DNA from: Escherichia phage vb_EcoM_bov9_1
Direction: 5' to 3' (one strand)
DNA: 64,000 nt
Sequence record: MT884006.2
A program made the translations under genes and the position numbers. The number at the start of each line of letters is the position of its first letter. Positions within the stretch are counted from its first letter, which is position 1. Under the pieces are notes generated by a model. It did no database searches and was not told the DNA's origin. It was given only the letters and a program-made list of their open reading frames with translations. Below are positions 9,276-18,930 of the stretch, piece by piece.

Positions 9276-10595
9276 TCACACATAAAACACATCATAACGA
9301 CCACGAGTGACACCAACATAAAGAAGCTGCTGAGCTAATTCAGCATCTGCATAATGAATACAAGGCGTATAAATGAAAGCACGGTCTACAGACATACCCT
9401 GCGCTTTATGGAATGTTGATGCAGGAAGTGCTTTCACTTTACTAAACTGTGATTTAGCATCCCAAAAATCGCTCCACGGAGCTTTTCCGCCTTTGTTCCA
9501 ATTTTTATAAGTTTCTGCCGTTTTACCTAAAAATAGGTTAAACTTATACAATTCTTCATCGGATGAAATTATTTTAATCTTTTCACGATAATATTCATCA
9601 TCGCCGTAAGTTTCTACTGTTAAGTCCCAATGACGAATTAGATATTCTCCAGGAACACCACGAGCTTTAACAAACGTTGATGTATACTCTGCTTCTATAA
9701 TACGAACTAATTGTCCGTTATTAAAAATAATTTCTGATACAGGCTTTCCATCAATTTTATATGTTTTAATTAACGGTTCTTGCATTACAATAATTTCACC
9801 GACAATAAAGTCTTTATCAGTTTCAAAAATCTTTTTACGAATAATATTGTTTAACTTATCAACAGATTTATTCGTAAATGCCATTACGCGATTTTCAAAC
9901 AAATCATCTAGTGATTTGACGATTGAAAAATAATTTACCATAAAATCGCGTAAAGCGGTATCACCAGTAAATCCACGTACTCCATGCCCGTCAACAACTT
10001 TATCATAAATCCACTTACCGTTGCGAACATCAGTAGCTACATCAATAATAGGAGCATTACTGCGTTTAACTTCAGTGAGTTCACACTGATAAAAATCTTT
10101 GTGTGTAAAGAATGGACTGATATAAGCAGTATTTTCTCCTGGGTCAACAGGTCTAATTTGCTTATTATCGCCTATTCCAATTATAGTACACCACGGTGGG
10201 ATAGTTGAAAGCAAAATTTTGAAGAGCTTTCTATCATACATTGACACTTCGTCGCAGATTAATACCCTGCATTTAGCTAAATCTGGTACTTCCTTCTGTT
10301 CAAAAAGAACGTTTTCTTCATATGTTACTGGGTTAATTTTAAGAATACTGTGAATAGTACTCGCTTCTTTCCCCGACAGTTTTGAAAGAATCTTTTTAGC
10401 TGCATGTGTAGGAGCTGCCAAAATGATACCAGTTTCGCCCGTAGATATTAAAGCTTCAATGATGAACTTAGTAAGAGTAGTCTTACCAGTACCAGCAGGT
10501 CCATTAATAGTTACATGATGTTTCTTTTCTTTAATAGCCCTCATAACGATGTTAAAGGCATTTTTCTGACCTTCGGTCAAATCATCAAATGTCAT
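9276..10595 (-). CDS. dda: Dda DNA helicase (SF1B)
   Basis: 439-aa ORF; Walker A GPAGTGKTT, Walker B LICDEVSM, SF1B motifs; sequence recognisably Dda. Confidence 0.95.
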   Translation of the reverse strand: MTFDDLTEGQKNAFNIVMRAIKEKKHHVTINGPAGTGKTTLTKFIIEALISTGETGIILAAPTHAAKKILSKLSGKEASTIHSILKINPVTYEENVLFEQKEVPDLAKCRVLICDEVSMYDRKLFKILLSTIPPWCTIIGIGDNKQIRPVDPGENTAYISPFFTHKDFYQCELTEVKRSNAPIIDVATDVRNGKWIYDKVVDGHGVRGFTGDTALRDFMVNYFSIVKSLDDLFENRVMAFTNKSVDKLNNIIRKKIFETDKDFIVGEIIVMQEPLIKTYKIDGKPVSEIIFNNGQLVRIIEAEYTSTFVKARGVPGEYLIRHWDLTVETYGDDEYYREKIKIISSDEELYKFNLFLGKTAETYKNWNKGGKAPWSDFWDAKSQFSKVKALPASTFHKAQGMSVDRAFIYTPCIHYADAELAQQLLYVGVTRGRYDVFYV

Positions 10596-10903
10596 CGTAA
10601 ATTCCCTGCAATTGGTATACTAACAATACGCCCAGTATCTAAAATTCGCCGATATAATCTTTGTGTGTCTACATCAGGCTTAACGTGTTTAACTTCTATT
10701 TTATTAAACCAAAACTTGCGTGGAGTTTCAACTAATCTTGGAATTCCCATACCTAAAGCTAGTCGATACTGCTCTTTAAGAGTGGTAAATACTCTATCAG
10801 CAATCTCCCTTTCAAAAAATACAGCAGGACGATGTTCATCAAGAGGAACAGGCACCGCAAATCCATCTTTATCTCTATACACTATCGCATATACATAAAC
10901 CAT
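10592..10903 (-). CDS. hypothetical protein (dda.1 position)
   Basis: 103-aa ORF, 4-nt overlap with dda start. Confidence 0.5.
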   Translation of the reverse strand: MVYVYAIVYRDKDGFAVPVPLDEHRPAVFFEREIADRVFTTLKEQYRLALGMGIPRLVETPRKFWFNKIEVKHVKPDVDTQRLYRRILDTGRIVSIPIAGNLR

Positions 10904-10904
10904 A

Positions 10905-11651
10905 TTATCCTCGGATAAGTTTAAAAATTGAACAATTTAGCGGGTATCCTCTTTTCAGTTTAAGTTTATCAATAAAAGACAAGTTTTGATACCGCTCTAC
11001 ACCTTGAATAATTTTATCACACATATCATATTGCATTTCTGCTTCTGACAACTTTTTCACAATTTTCCAATCTGAGCCTTTAAGAAGAACGTTCAGTTTA
11101 ACAACTTCAGCACCTTCTGCTATACGAGAACCATCAATACGAGCTTTAAGTGCTATAATCCTTAGCTTAATGTCAGAGGTCTGTTTTGATTTAGAAAGCT
11201 GAGAAATGTGCTCAATTCGGTTTTCACGTTTTTTCTGTATAGCTTTAATTTGATTATAAGTCTTTTTGATTTTAGCCCATTTCTTTTCATCTAAATTTAG
11301 TTTATGAACTTTTTTCGCAGATGAACGACCAATTCGCAAAGCAAATAAATCACGCTTTTCAATCAACTCTTCTAAAGTATAATCAGAACGAAATGTATTA
11401 TACTTTTTCTTTACTGCAATAACATTCCCTTTAATGTATCCAACGTTATTATCAAAACGTTCTAATGATAATTTCTCTCCTTCAACACGATTATCAAAAG
11501 GTTCTCCTGAGTAAGCACAAACTTTCTGATCTAAAATGTTCTTAATGTAATTGAAGTCTAAGTTAAAATCTTTAGAACGTCTTTTTGCAGATGCCTGGGT
11601 ATGCTCTAGACGACGTTTAATTTTACGAATTTGGTTATTAGACAGCTTCAT
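10905..11651 (-). CDS. srd: basic protein at the srd position
   Basis: 248-aa ORF; size and synteny with T4 srd; identification by position only. Confidence 0.45.
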   Translation of the reverse strand: MKLSNNQIRKIKRRLEHTQASAKRRSKDFNLDFNYIKNILDQKVCAYSGEPFDNRVEGEKLSLERFDNNVGYIKGNVIAVKKKYNTFRSDYTLEELIEKRDLFALRIGRSSAKKVHKLNLDEKKWAKIKKTYNQIKAIQKKRENRIEHISQLSKSKQTSDIKLRIIALKARIDGSRIAEGAEVVKLNVLLKGSDWKIVKKLSEAEMQYDMCDKIIQGVERYQNLSFIDKLKLKRGYPLNCSIFKLIRG

Positions 11652-11773
11652 ATTTTTCTCACATCTTACGGACGGTTAACTACTTATACTATAACATTTT
11701 TACTTTAACTTGTAAACAACTTTATGAAAAATGCTTTAAAACTTTCATGGTATAATGAATCTAAGTCCTTCCA

Positions 11774-12376
11774 TTATAGATTAAATCCTTCAAAATCAAG
11801 AGTATAGATAGTGTATGTTGAATACTTTTTGTACTCATATCTATCTGCAATTCTAAATACACTTCCAGCTGGTATCATTACTTCTTGTTCATCTGAAACT
11901 AATTCCATATTACGATAACGATGACTATCCGGAAACTTAAAGTTTGGATTGTATTCTTTACAGCGTAGAGCTTTTATAGCATACTCCTGGAAATTGAATA
12001 CCATAGGAGCTTTGAATTCAAAAATAACTTGTGTGTTATATTCTAAACCAGAAGCAAAATGTAGAGCTATATTTTTATCATATGAAGCTGATACTACTTT
12101 ATCAAATGTAATAATATCAATTCCTTGATTTAATACTTGTTTAGTCTCAGCTGGAACACCTCTCCAAAGAGGTTTATCGTTTGGTTCCAAACGAGATTTG
12201 ATTATTTCATTTAACCAAGTATGGTCATCTGGTTTATTAGTAATACAATGAATTAAAAGTTCAATTTCAGATAAATTAAACCCTTCAGAAAGTAATTCTT
12301 CACGAATAGAAGCACGCACCGATGCATCCATTGATTTTATTTTAAAATCTTTTAGTTGCATTACTGAGTATTTCAT
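11774..12376 (-). CDS. modA: ADP-ribosyltransferase ModA
   Basis: 200-aa ORF, size and position equal T4 ModA; tandem with a 207-aa paralogue. Confidence 0.65.
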   Translation of the reverse strand: MKYSVMQLKDFKIKSMDASVRASIREELLSEGFNLSEIELLIHCITNKPDDHTWLNEIIKSRLEPNDKPLWRGVPAETKQVLNQGIDIITFDKVVSASYDKNIALHFASGLEYNTQVIFEFKAPMVFNFQEYAIKALRCKEYNPNFKFPDSHRYRNMELVSDEQEVMIPAGSVFRIADRYEYKKYSTYTIYTLDFEGFNL

Positions 12377-12996
12377 TCAACTACCTCAATATCATAAACT
12401 TTAAATGTTCCAAATGAATCGTGTAATTTTTCTTTTGAAATAGAAGTTATTCTATACTTTCCAATTGGAATCATCCATTCCTGTTCACGCACAATCATCA
12501 TTAAGTTATCAGTACGCTCTGAATCTAATCCATCAGTATCTTCATACGTGTACTTAAACTCAGTATTAGGAGAAGAAAGTATAATATCGCTGATATGGTC
12601 AGAATAATTAAAAGCTTTATCAGTTTTTAAGCGAAGTATTGTTTCAGTGAAATATTCAGCATAAGAAAAAGAACACGCTGTATGCAAACTAGTAGTAAAT
12701 GAATCTACCCTGTTCGTTGAAAACACTTCTCCAACTTGTAAATCTTTAATGAGTTCTTTTGTCGATTTTGATATACCACGATATAATTGATAAGGCGATT
12801 TAGTTAAATGCTTTTTAATGATTTTATTCAACTGTCTGTGAAGAGCTTCATTCTTTTTGGCTTCCATACATTGCCAAAGAATTGATTGTTCAAAATCAGT
12901 AAACTTTTCACAAACCTTTTTATACATATCATGTTGAAAATCAACGCTTTCAGCTTTTATAGATAACTGTTCAACATCTGCAAGATTAATAATCAT
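12373..12996 (-). CDS. modB: ADP-ribosyltransferase ModB
   Basis: 207-aa ORF, size and position equal T4 ModB; 4-nt overlap with modA. Confidence 0.65.
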   Translation of the reverse strand: MIINLADVEQLSIKAESVDFQHDMYKKVCEKFTDFEQSILWQCMEAKKNEALHRQLNKIIKKHLTKSPYQLYRGISKSTKELIKDLQVGEVFSTNRVDSFTTSLHTACSFSYAEYFTETILRLKTDKAFNYSDHISDIILSSPNTEFKYTYEDTDGLDSERTDNLMMIVREQEWMIPIGKYRITSISKEKLHDSFGTFKVYDIEVVE

Positions 12997-13022
12997 GATA
13001 GCCTCCGTATACTTCAGAAGCT

Positions 13023-13052
13023 ATCATATCATCGTTAGAAAGGAAAGTAAAC
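13023..13052 (-). promoter_or_regulatory. T4-type early promoter
   Basis: minus-strand GTTTAC-18-TATGAT upstream of modB. Confidence 0.45.
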
Positions 13053-13063
13053 AACTTTTTGAA

Positions 13064-13246
13064 TTATTTTGCCCAGGGAGCCCAAGGCGGAGGGTCAAGA
13101 TGGTATGAAGCTAGTTCTTCTAGAAGAGCATCTGGGGCTTCAATTCCATAATTCTGTAATACTATACGGTATTCTTTCTTATAATCACTAGAATCATTCT
13201 GGATATTCGTAGAATGATTATCTTCTAACATCTCAAATAAATCCAT
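13064..13246 (-). CDS. hypothetical protein
   Basis: 60-aa ORF. Confidence 0.4.
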   Translation of the reverse strand: MDLFEMLEDNHSTNIQNDSSDYKKEYRIVLQNYGIEAPDALLEELASYHLDPPPWAPWAK

Positions 13247-13254
13247 ACTAATTC

Positions 13255-13725
13255 CTAGCGATAAAAACCAAATTGACGATTAGCTTCAATAATCTTTCTT
13301 TCTTCTTCGGACATTCTCCAGCGTAGTCCAACATCAAAATGAGCCCAGACCATCTTAACAAATGCATTTATATCTTTAATATCTTCAATAATGAATGTTT
13401 TACTTTTAGAAGGTTGACTCGCTAATTTAACTTTATCATCTTCAAATAGGTCAAAAAGACCATATTCATGAGCTCTTTTATAGCCTTTAATAGTTAAAGC
13501 TTCAGAAGAAGAAAACGGTGAATCGGTATTATGCAAAATATCTTCAGTATGCTTTATAATTAGAATAACATTTTCTGGATATTTTCTTTCTTTTATATCT
13601 TTAATTAAACTATCTGGATTTTCTGCTAAAGGAATAATCAATGAGCAATTTTTATCAAGCGTATTTACTGATTTACCTTCTTTAGACATAAATTCTATTG
13701 AATAATGTTTTGCTACTTCAATCAT
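13255..13725 (-). CDS. hypothetical protein
   Basis: 156-aa ORF. Confidence 0.5.
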   Translation of the reverse strand: MIEVAKHYSIEFMSKEGKSVNTLDKNCSLIIPLAENPDSLIKDIKERKYPENVILIIKHTEDILHNTDSPFSSSEALTIKGYKRAHEYGLFDLFEDDKVKLASQPSKSKTFIIEDIKDINAFVKMVWAHFDVGLRWRMSEEERKIIEANRQFGFYR

Positions 13726-13726
13726 G

Positions 13727-13894
13727 TGATTTCCTTTTGCCTACTAATGGACCGTCAGGAACTTTGTTTTCCTGAATGTATTTCTCATTTTCTTCCATCA
13801 TTTTACTGCCAATTTTACTGCCAATTTTAAGAAGCAAATCCAAGGCTTCATTTGCTTTAGCCTTTGCCTCTTCTAACGTCATATCTTTGGTCAT
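13727..13894 (-). CDS. small hypothetical protein with KIGSKIGSK repeat
   Basis: about 55-aa ORF not in the track; start overlaps the upstream stop (ATGA), stop overlaps the downstream start; coordinates hand-derived. Confidence 0.3.
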
Positions 13895-14094
13895 GATTTA
13901 TCACCATAGATGTCTCTCATCAATTTAAGCGCTGAGCGTTCTAATTTCTTTTCTTTCTCAGCACTAATCATTGATTTCATCCATTCTTCTGATTCGTTCT
14001 GCATTTCTTTATTTGCTTGTTCAACCCAACCATCGTCAATATACATTGAGTTTGGTCTATTGAACCATTCAAGAATCTTCTTGAGAGCTTTCAT
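13891..14094 (-). CDS. hypothetical protein
   Basis: 67-aa ORF. Confidence 0.4.
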   Translation of the reverse strand: MKALKKILEWFNRPNSMYIDDGWVEQANKEMQNESEEWMKSMISAEKEKKLERSALKLMRDIYGDKS

Positions 14095-14566
14095 TTATTT
14101 TACCTAAAACAATAGTATGGACACCGTCAAATTTATGAATTTTTAGCAAATTTGGATTTAACTTATTCCATAAAGAGGTAATAAAATATGATAGCGCACT
14201 TTCGTCCGTAATTATAAATTTATTTCCCTTATCAATTTTCCAGTCATATATTGAATCATATGAATAGAAGGATAACGGTTTATTATTATAATATGCTTCA
14301 GCAACATCAATATAGTTAGATTTAGTAAATGCTTGAATTGACATAAATGGAGAATTTTGTACAGTTTCAATAATTCCGATCTTTTTAAGTTTTATTTCAA
14401 CATCTTCTGGAACTGGCATTGAAATAAAATCTTCTACTAGATACATGTTATTGTCATATCTTTTATCAATCATTACTGCTACTGTAATTGGAACATCCTT
14501 GACAAACGCCATACTAATACTATTGATAGACATTTCAAACAAAATTGCTTCCATAATTTTCCTCAA
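14069..14566 (-). CDS. hypothetical protein
   Basis: 165-aa ORF. Confidence 0.5.
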   Translation of the reverse strand: MRKIMEAILFEMSINSISMAFVKDVPITVAVMIDKRYDNNMYLVEDFISMPVPEDVEIKLKKIGIIETVQNSPFMSIQAFTKSNYIDVAEAYYNNKPLSFYSYDSIYDWKIDKGNKFIITDESALSYFITSLWNKLNPNLLKIHKFDGVHTIVLGKINESSQEDS

Positions 14567-14904
14567 TCACAAGATGTAGATGAACAACCAGAATCACAAG
14601 AACTTCCACATGAATCACCTGCCCATACATGAACAGGAACATTTGTATCATATGAATCAGAACTAGACTGTGTATTCTGTGCATTAGATGATGTAGTAGG
14701 TACTGACCAACGCCAAGGATTTTTATAATATTCTTGGGCTTCTTCATAAGTCATAGTAACTGCTTCTACTGTTCCATCTCCCATATAAACATATTCAACT
14801 ACAGTTAAAGGAAGATAGTCATTTGAAATAGGAACTACACCTTCTCCGGGAGTTGTAGAGAAAAAATCTGTAAAGAAATTTTTAAACCAATTAAAGATAA
14901 ACAT
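14563..14904 (-). CDS. hypothetical protein with Cys/Ser-rich C-terminal tail
   Basis: 113-aa ORF ending [18 protein letters not shown]. Confidence 0.5.
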   Translation of the reverse strand: MFIFNWFKNFFTDFFSTTPGEGVVPISNDYLPLTVVEYVYMGDGTVEAVTMTYEEAQEYYKNPWRWSVPTTSSNAQNTQSSSDSYDTNVPVHVWAGDSCGSSCDSGCSSTSCD

Positions 14905-15110
14905 TACAAAAAGCCTCTTTTGAATTCGACCTGCTTCTCACCATAATCATATCGAATCTCTGCATTAAATTCGACAGAACCATCTGCGTACATCATAAAT
15001 GAATGTACAACAACTTCTGTAGACCATGGTTGCAATTCATATTTCTTCATTACATGTCGTGAAATGATAATATCTAAATCTTCATTTGGTTTAATCCAGC
15101 GATTTAACAT
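14904..15110 (-). CDS. hypothetical protein
   Basis: 68-aa ORF. Confidence 0.45.
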   Translation of the reverse strand: MLNRWIKPNEDLDIIISRHVMKKYELQPWSTEVVVHSFMMYADGSVEFNAEIRYDYGEKQVEFKRGFL

Positions 15111-15136
15111 AGTGCTCTCCTCTATAAGATAATTCT

Positions 15137-15166
15137 ATTATACCATACTCATTTTGGAAAGTAAAC
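15137..15166 (-). promoter_or_regulatory. T4-type early promoter
   Basis: minus-strand GTTTAC-18-TGgTATAAT. Confidence 0.55.
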
Positions 15167-15171
15167 CGGTA

Positions 15172-15200
15172 GAATGAAAAAAGGACTCCCTAGGGAGTCC
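15172..15200 (-). terminator. intrinsic terminator hairpin downstream of soc
   Basis: inverted repeat ggactccc-ta-gggagtcc followed on the minus strand by a U-tract. Confidence 0.55.
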
Positions 15201-15208
15201 TTGAATTA

Positions 15209-15445
15209 TTAACCACCTATTTCTGTAGGCGTAAACATTGCAGCATTCTTAGTTTTCCAAGTTGCTGCATCGGAAACTACATCAGAATAAGCTGCTTTTT
15301 CTGACGGAAAGATTTGATAATGAGAATCTGCAATACGGTGTTCATTTGAATATACATCAAATGCTACAGAAACTTCCATACCTTTAACTTCTTTGCCTTC
15401 ACCTGCTGGATGAGTAAAGGTCTTGATGTTAACGAAACCACCCAT
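15209..15445 (-). CDS. soc: small outer capsid protein Soc (RB69-like variant)
   Basis: 78-aa ORF; YVNIKTF...VSVAF...HYQ-FPSEKAAYS signature of Soc; closer to my recollection of RB69 Soc than of T4 Soc. Confidence 0.8.
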   Translation of the reverse strand: MGGFVNIKTFTHPAGEGKEVKGMEVSVAFDVYSNEHRIADSHYQIFPSEKAAYSDVVSDAATWKTKNAAMFTPTEIGG

Positions 15446-15476
15446 AATAAACTCCTTTATTGTTTAATTACAGGTG

Positions 15477-15484
15477 TATTTATA
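15477..15484 (-). promoter_or_regulatory. late promoter TATAAATA for soc
   Basis: plus-strand tatttata (minus strand TATAAATA) about 30 nt upstream of the soc start. Confidence 0.5.
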
Positions 15485-15486
15485 AC

Positions 15487-15627
15487 TTACAATTTAGCGG
15501 CTTTCCAGAGTTGTTCAATAATCTCTTGGTCTATTTCTTTAGTTATTTCATTACGTAATAAAGCAGTAAGGGCTTTCGCCCTTTTCTTATTCAACTTTTT
15601 GAGTTGGCGTTTATTTAAACGGGACAT
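15487..15627 (-). CDS. small basic hypothetical protein
   Basis: 46-aa ORF not in the track; start overlaps the gene 56 stop (TAATG); coordinates hand-derived. Confidence 0.3.
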   Translation of the reverse strand: MSRLNKRQLKKLNKKRAKALTALLRNEITKEIDQEIIEQLWKAAKL

Positions 15628-16145
15628 TAATAACCTCGGTCTTGACGTGCGAAATTTTCAGCATTTTTCAGATAATAAAGTTTAAAGATTTCTTCTGCTG
15701 TAAGACCAAGACCCTGGAACATATTCAGAACGAAATGAAGAATATCAATCATTTCAAATTTAATTTCTAACTGGTCTTGTGGAGACAAATCAGTAATCAG
15801 AGTTTCACGACGTTCACCATGCTGCGACTTCCAAGGTTTCCATACAGCAGATGCGTCTTTTTCACCATTACTCATACCACCAAGAGAAGTCAGAAGTTCA
15901 CGGAATTCATCGTCAATATAATCTTTCTGATTACGCAACCAATCAACAACTTCACCGGCAGTAGCTAAGTCATCAGGATGACGATTATATTCAGGTTTAT
16001 CTTTAGCTAAACGAACCTGCAAAGATTTCTGCATATCAAGCATTACCTGCAGCGGGTCTTTTTCATCGCCGAGAATATCCCAATATTCATTTTGAGCTTT
16101 ATCAGCGCCTTCAATCAGTTGTGAACATTCGTTAAAGTAAGCCAT
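15627..16145 (-). CDS. 56: dCTP/dCDP pyrophosphatase gp56 (MazG-like)
   Basis: track ORF 15627..16238; start set at internal MAYFNECSQ to give about 172 aa, matching T4 gp56; MazG-like EExxE-type acidic motifs. Confidence 0.8.
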   Translation of the reverse strand: MAYFNECSQLIEGADKAQNEYWDILGDEKDPLQVMLDMQKSLQVRLAKDKPEYNRHPDDLATAGEVVDWLRNQKDYIDDEFRELLTSLGGMSNGEKDASAVWKPWKSQHGERRETLITDLSPQDQLEIKFEMIDILHFVLNMFQGLGLTAEEIFKLYYLKNAENFARQDRGY

Positions 16146-16216
16146 TATTTTTCCTTTCAATTCATGGGTTAGTAGATTAATTATACAATAAATATATAAA
16201 GCAATAAGGAGGACAT

Positions 16217-16417
16217 ATGGTACAAAAATTAATGGCACTTGTTAATGCCATCAAAGGTAATAAGAAACGTATAGCTTTTACTATTTCTGCTATGGTAGGA
16301 ATTTTACTCTGGAACTTTATTTTATCACCAATTGCAATTGCGCATGGTGTTAATATTCCAGTAGTTACTCTTGATACATTCGTAGATCTAGCATTTGCTT
16401 TAGTTGGGTTAATTTAA
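16217..16417 (+). CDS. small hydrophobic protein on the plus strand (candidate)
   Basis: 66-aa ORF with strong SD (aaggagg) 4 nt before ATG; two predicted hydrophobic helices; sits in the 56-61 intergenic region antisense to nothing. Confidence 0.4.
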   Translation: MVQKLMALVNAIKGNKKRIAFTISAMVGILLWNFILSPIAIAHGVNIPVVTLDTFVDLAFALVGLI

Positions 16418-17442
16418 ATCTTGGCATATTTAGATAGCCGCATTTTAGCCATCAACCCCTGGGCAATATTATTTTTCATATATTCCATAATTTGTTCAGG
16501 GGTTGCACCTTCCTTTCTAATCATATCATTGACATCTTTTGATTTCCAGGGAGATTTATCCCAAAACATAACCCTTTCTCCTGCATCAACTAATTTAGTC
16601 ATTCGCTTGATAGTGTCAGGGTGACGAGGTTCATTATCTAAAACCCACACTCGTCTATCTTTAAATGGAACAACTTCTAGGTCTAATTGACCACCCGTAA
16701 TAGCTATACCATTTTCAATAAAAAGTGAATCTATAGGTCCTTCTAGAACATATACATCGCCATCTTTAACTCGTTCGACTCCATATATTTTTGTTGCCTC
16801 AGGATAAGCTTTAATAGTGATATATTTTTGAGGAGCATCTTTCTTTAATGCACGTCCTTGAAAAGACTCAGCTTTTCCATTAGCATTATAAATTGGAATA
16901 ACAAGACGAGGCTCAGAAATTTCCTTTTTGTATGTTCCTGGTGCTATGCTATTAACTAATTTAGGCCATTCAGTTGTAAACCAAAGATATTTCCATTTAT
17001 CCTTTGGAATACAACGAGCTTTTACATATTTTATAATTGGATGGTCTTCCGCCAGTTTATCTAATCTAACACATGACGGAAGAGATTTAATTATTTTCTT
17101 CTCAGGTTGTTTAGGAAGTTCTTTAGGTTTTTCTACTGGACGACTTTTACCTTTTTCTTTTCTTATTTCAAAGATATACTCACGATATAAATCAGGTTCA
17201 AACTCCTTTAAATATATTCCGATTGGTGCATGATAGTTACAGTTATAACAATGAATATTTCCTTCATTATTATCACCATAATACCATCCACGAGCTTTAT
17301 TCTGATCGGTTTTTGAATCTCCGCAAACAGGGCATCTAAACCGCAATTTAAAAGTTGAACTATTATTTACTTGTGTGAATTTAGGTAAATGAGCCAATGC
17401 ACGATACGCAAACTCATTATCAATCCAAGGTATTGATGACAT
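16414..17442 (-). CDS. 61: DNA primase gp61
   Basis: 342-aa ORF; N-terminal zinc ribbon CPVCGDS...CYNC and TOPRIM-like core; size equals T4 gp61. Confidence 0.9.
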   Translation of the reverse strand: MSSIPWIDNEFAYRALAHLPKFTQVNNSSTFKLRFRCPVCGDSKTDQNKARGWYYGDNNEGNIHCYNCNYHAPIGIYLKEFEPDLYREYIFEIRKEKGKSRPVEKPKELPKQPEKKIIKSLPSCVRLDKLAEDHPIIKYVKARCIPKDKWKYLWFTTEWPKLVNSIAPGTYKKEISEPRLVIPIYNANGKAESFQGRALKKDAPQKYITIKAYPEATKIYGVERVKDGDVYVLEGPIDSLFIENGIAITGGQLDLEVVPFKDRRVWVLDNEPRHPDTIKRMTKLVDAGERVMFWDKSPWKSKDVNDMIRKEGATPEQIMEYMKNNIAQGLMAKMRLSKYAKI

Positions 17443-17610
17443 TTTTACTCTTCTTTTTCTTTAGATTCCTCTTTTTTCTTTTTAGGAATCTGTTCAGGAC
17501 CTTTATTTACTACAGCACCTGACGTTGTTCCAGTAGAGATATTTTCAGGATTACCACCTGAATCTCCAGCAACCATATCTTCTTTAATAAATTCTTTATA
17601 TGTTTTCATA

Positions 17611-17967
17611 TTAACCTCTATTCATAAAAGCATTAAAAATTTGGTCATCAATCGATGGAATAGCAACTTTTTCTGCATCATTTAGCAAATCATTAATTTC
17701 ATCAGATAGCATAACACATGTACCTTTATTTCCTGTAATTGTTACTGCACAATTACGAACGTTTTCTTTATTAAATTTTAGGTTAATATTTTCGTAATGA
17801 AAATCCTTTAATGCCGAATATATCTTTAAAATGAAATTGTCTTTTACTACAATAAACCCAACCTCACTATTAAAACGTGGTTCATGGAAACTGTAATAAA
17901 CCTTTTCATCTATAAAATCGTATGAAATTTTTTCCATTTTTAAATATGAAAATTCAGAACTATACAT
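17611..17967 (-). CDS. hypothetical protein (61.1 position)
   Basis: 118-aa ORF; C-terminus SIDDQIFNAFMNRG shared with the next gene. Confidence 0.5.
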   Translation of the reverse strand: MYSSEFSYLKMEKISYDFIDEKVYYSFHEPRFNSEVGFIVVKDNFILKIYSALKDFHYENINLKFNKENVRNCAVTITGNKGTCVMLSDEINDLLNDAEKVAIPSIDDQIFNAFMNRG

Positions 17968-17968
17968 A

Positions 17969-18616
17969 TTAACCTTTATTCATAAAAGCATTAAAAATTT
18001 GATCGTCAATAGAAACTTTTACTTTAGGCTGTTCTTCAAACGGTAATTCATATCCACATATTACAATTTTGTGATCGATACCAAAATACACAGAAGCAAT
18101 ATGATTAATATTATTTTCAGTGAAATCTAAATCAACATCAATATCTTTTTGACCACAGCCCAAAGGATAATTAATACGAATAATTCGATTATCTTTAACA
18201 AATATTCCACCGACATACTCTGTGCTGCGTTTAAAGTTTACACGTTTCCTAAATGAAAAATATTCAGGTTCTTTATGAGCCCGACTCATAGGACACAATG
18301 AGTAGCTAGAATAAGAGATGTCAAATCCTACACCTTCAATATGAATATGAGCCAACGTGTCATGATTAAACCAATTATAATCATATGCCAAATCCATTAT
18401 ATTGTAATATGTGAAAGGCACCGGATTAACATCATGTGTTGTACCTTTAAAATCTGCCCAGGCAACGATTTCGTTATCTTTAACAATTACAAAAATTACA
18501 CCGATATGGTATCCATTATTATTTTCATTCGGCGTTATATTATAACATTGCGCATTAGGAAATTTACCATATTTAAACGGCGCGTTTTTGTGCATGTAAT
18601 AAATCATATTATTCAC
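17969..18616 (-). CDS. hypothetical protein (61.2 position)
   Basis: 215-aa ORF; C-terminus SIDDQIFNAFMNKG. Confidence 0.5.
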   Translation of the reverse strand: MNNMIYYMHKNAPFKYGKFPNAQCYNITPNENNNGYHIGVIFVIVKDNEIVAWADFKGTTHDVNPVPFTYYNIMDLAYDYNWFNHDTLAHIHIEGVGFDISYSSYSLCPMSRAHKEPEYFSFRKRVNFKRSTEYVGGIFVKDNRIIRINYPLGCGQKDIDVDLDFTENNINHIASVYFGIDHKIVICGYELPFEEQPKVKVSIDDQIFNAFMNKG

Positions 18617-18902
18617 CTGTGATTTCGGTTACGATATTTTTGTTATTAAAGTTTTTATCGCAATACAAAACATAGTTATACTGCATCACACCACCTGATT
18701 TAAGCTGTTTTTGTACTTCAGCTTTCATTTCAGGACGATCACGCTCAACGATATTCATAATATCCGCTTCAATTTGAGTTTCAACTTCAGTCTGATCTGC
18801 AGTCATAGACCATTCACATAAATCTTTATCATAACCTGCCATAGCAGGCTGAGCAGCACAAGAAGCTAAAGCAAAAATTGTAGCAAAGATAAATTTTTTC
18901 AT
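18609..18902 (-). CDS. sp: Spackle periplasmic protein (superinfection exclusion, lysozyme inhibitor)
   Basis: 97-aa ORF with signal peptide MKKFIFATIFALASCAAQPAMA; size and position between 61 and 41 match T4 sp (61.3). Confidence 0.7.
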   Translation of the reverse strand: MKKFIFATIFALASCAAQPAMAGYDKDLCEWSMTADQTEVETQIEADIMNIVERDRPEMKAEVQKQLKSGGVMQYNYVLYCDKNFNNKNIVTEITGE

Positions 18903-18930
18903 GATAATCTCCTCAGTAGTTTATGTTTAT

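Noticed and set aside
14535-14747. His-rich 70-aa minus-strand ORF
   Set aside because: Lies in an alternative frame overlapping two better-supported ORFs (14069..14566 and 14563..14904); composition looks like frame-shifted coding sequence.
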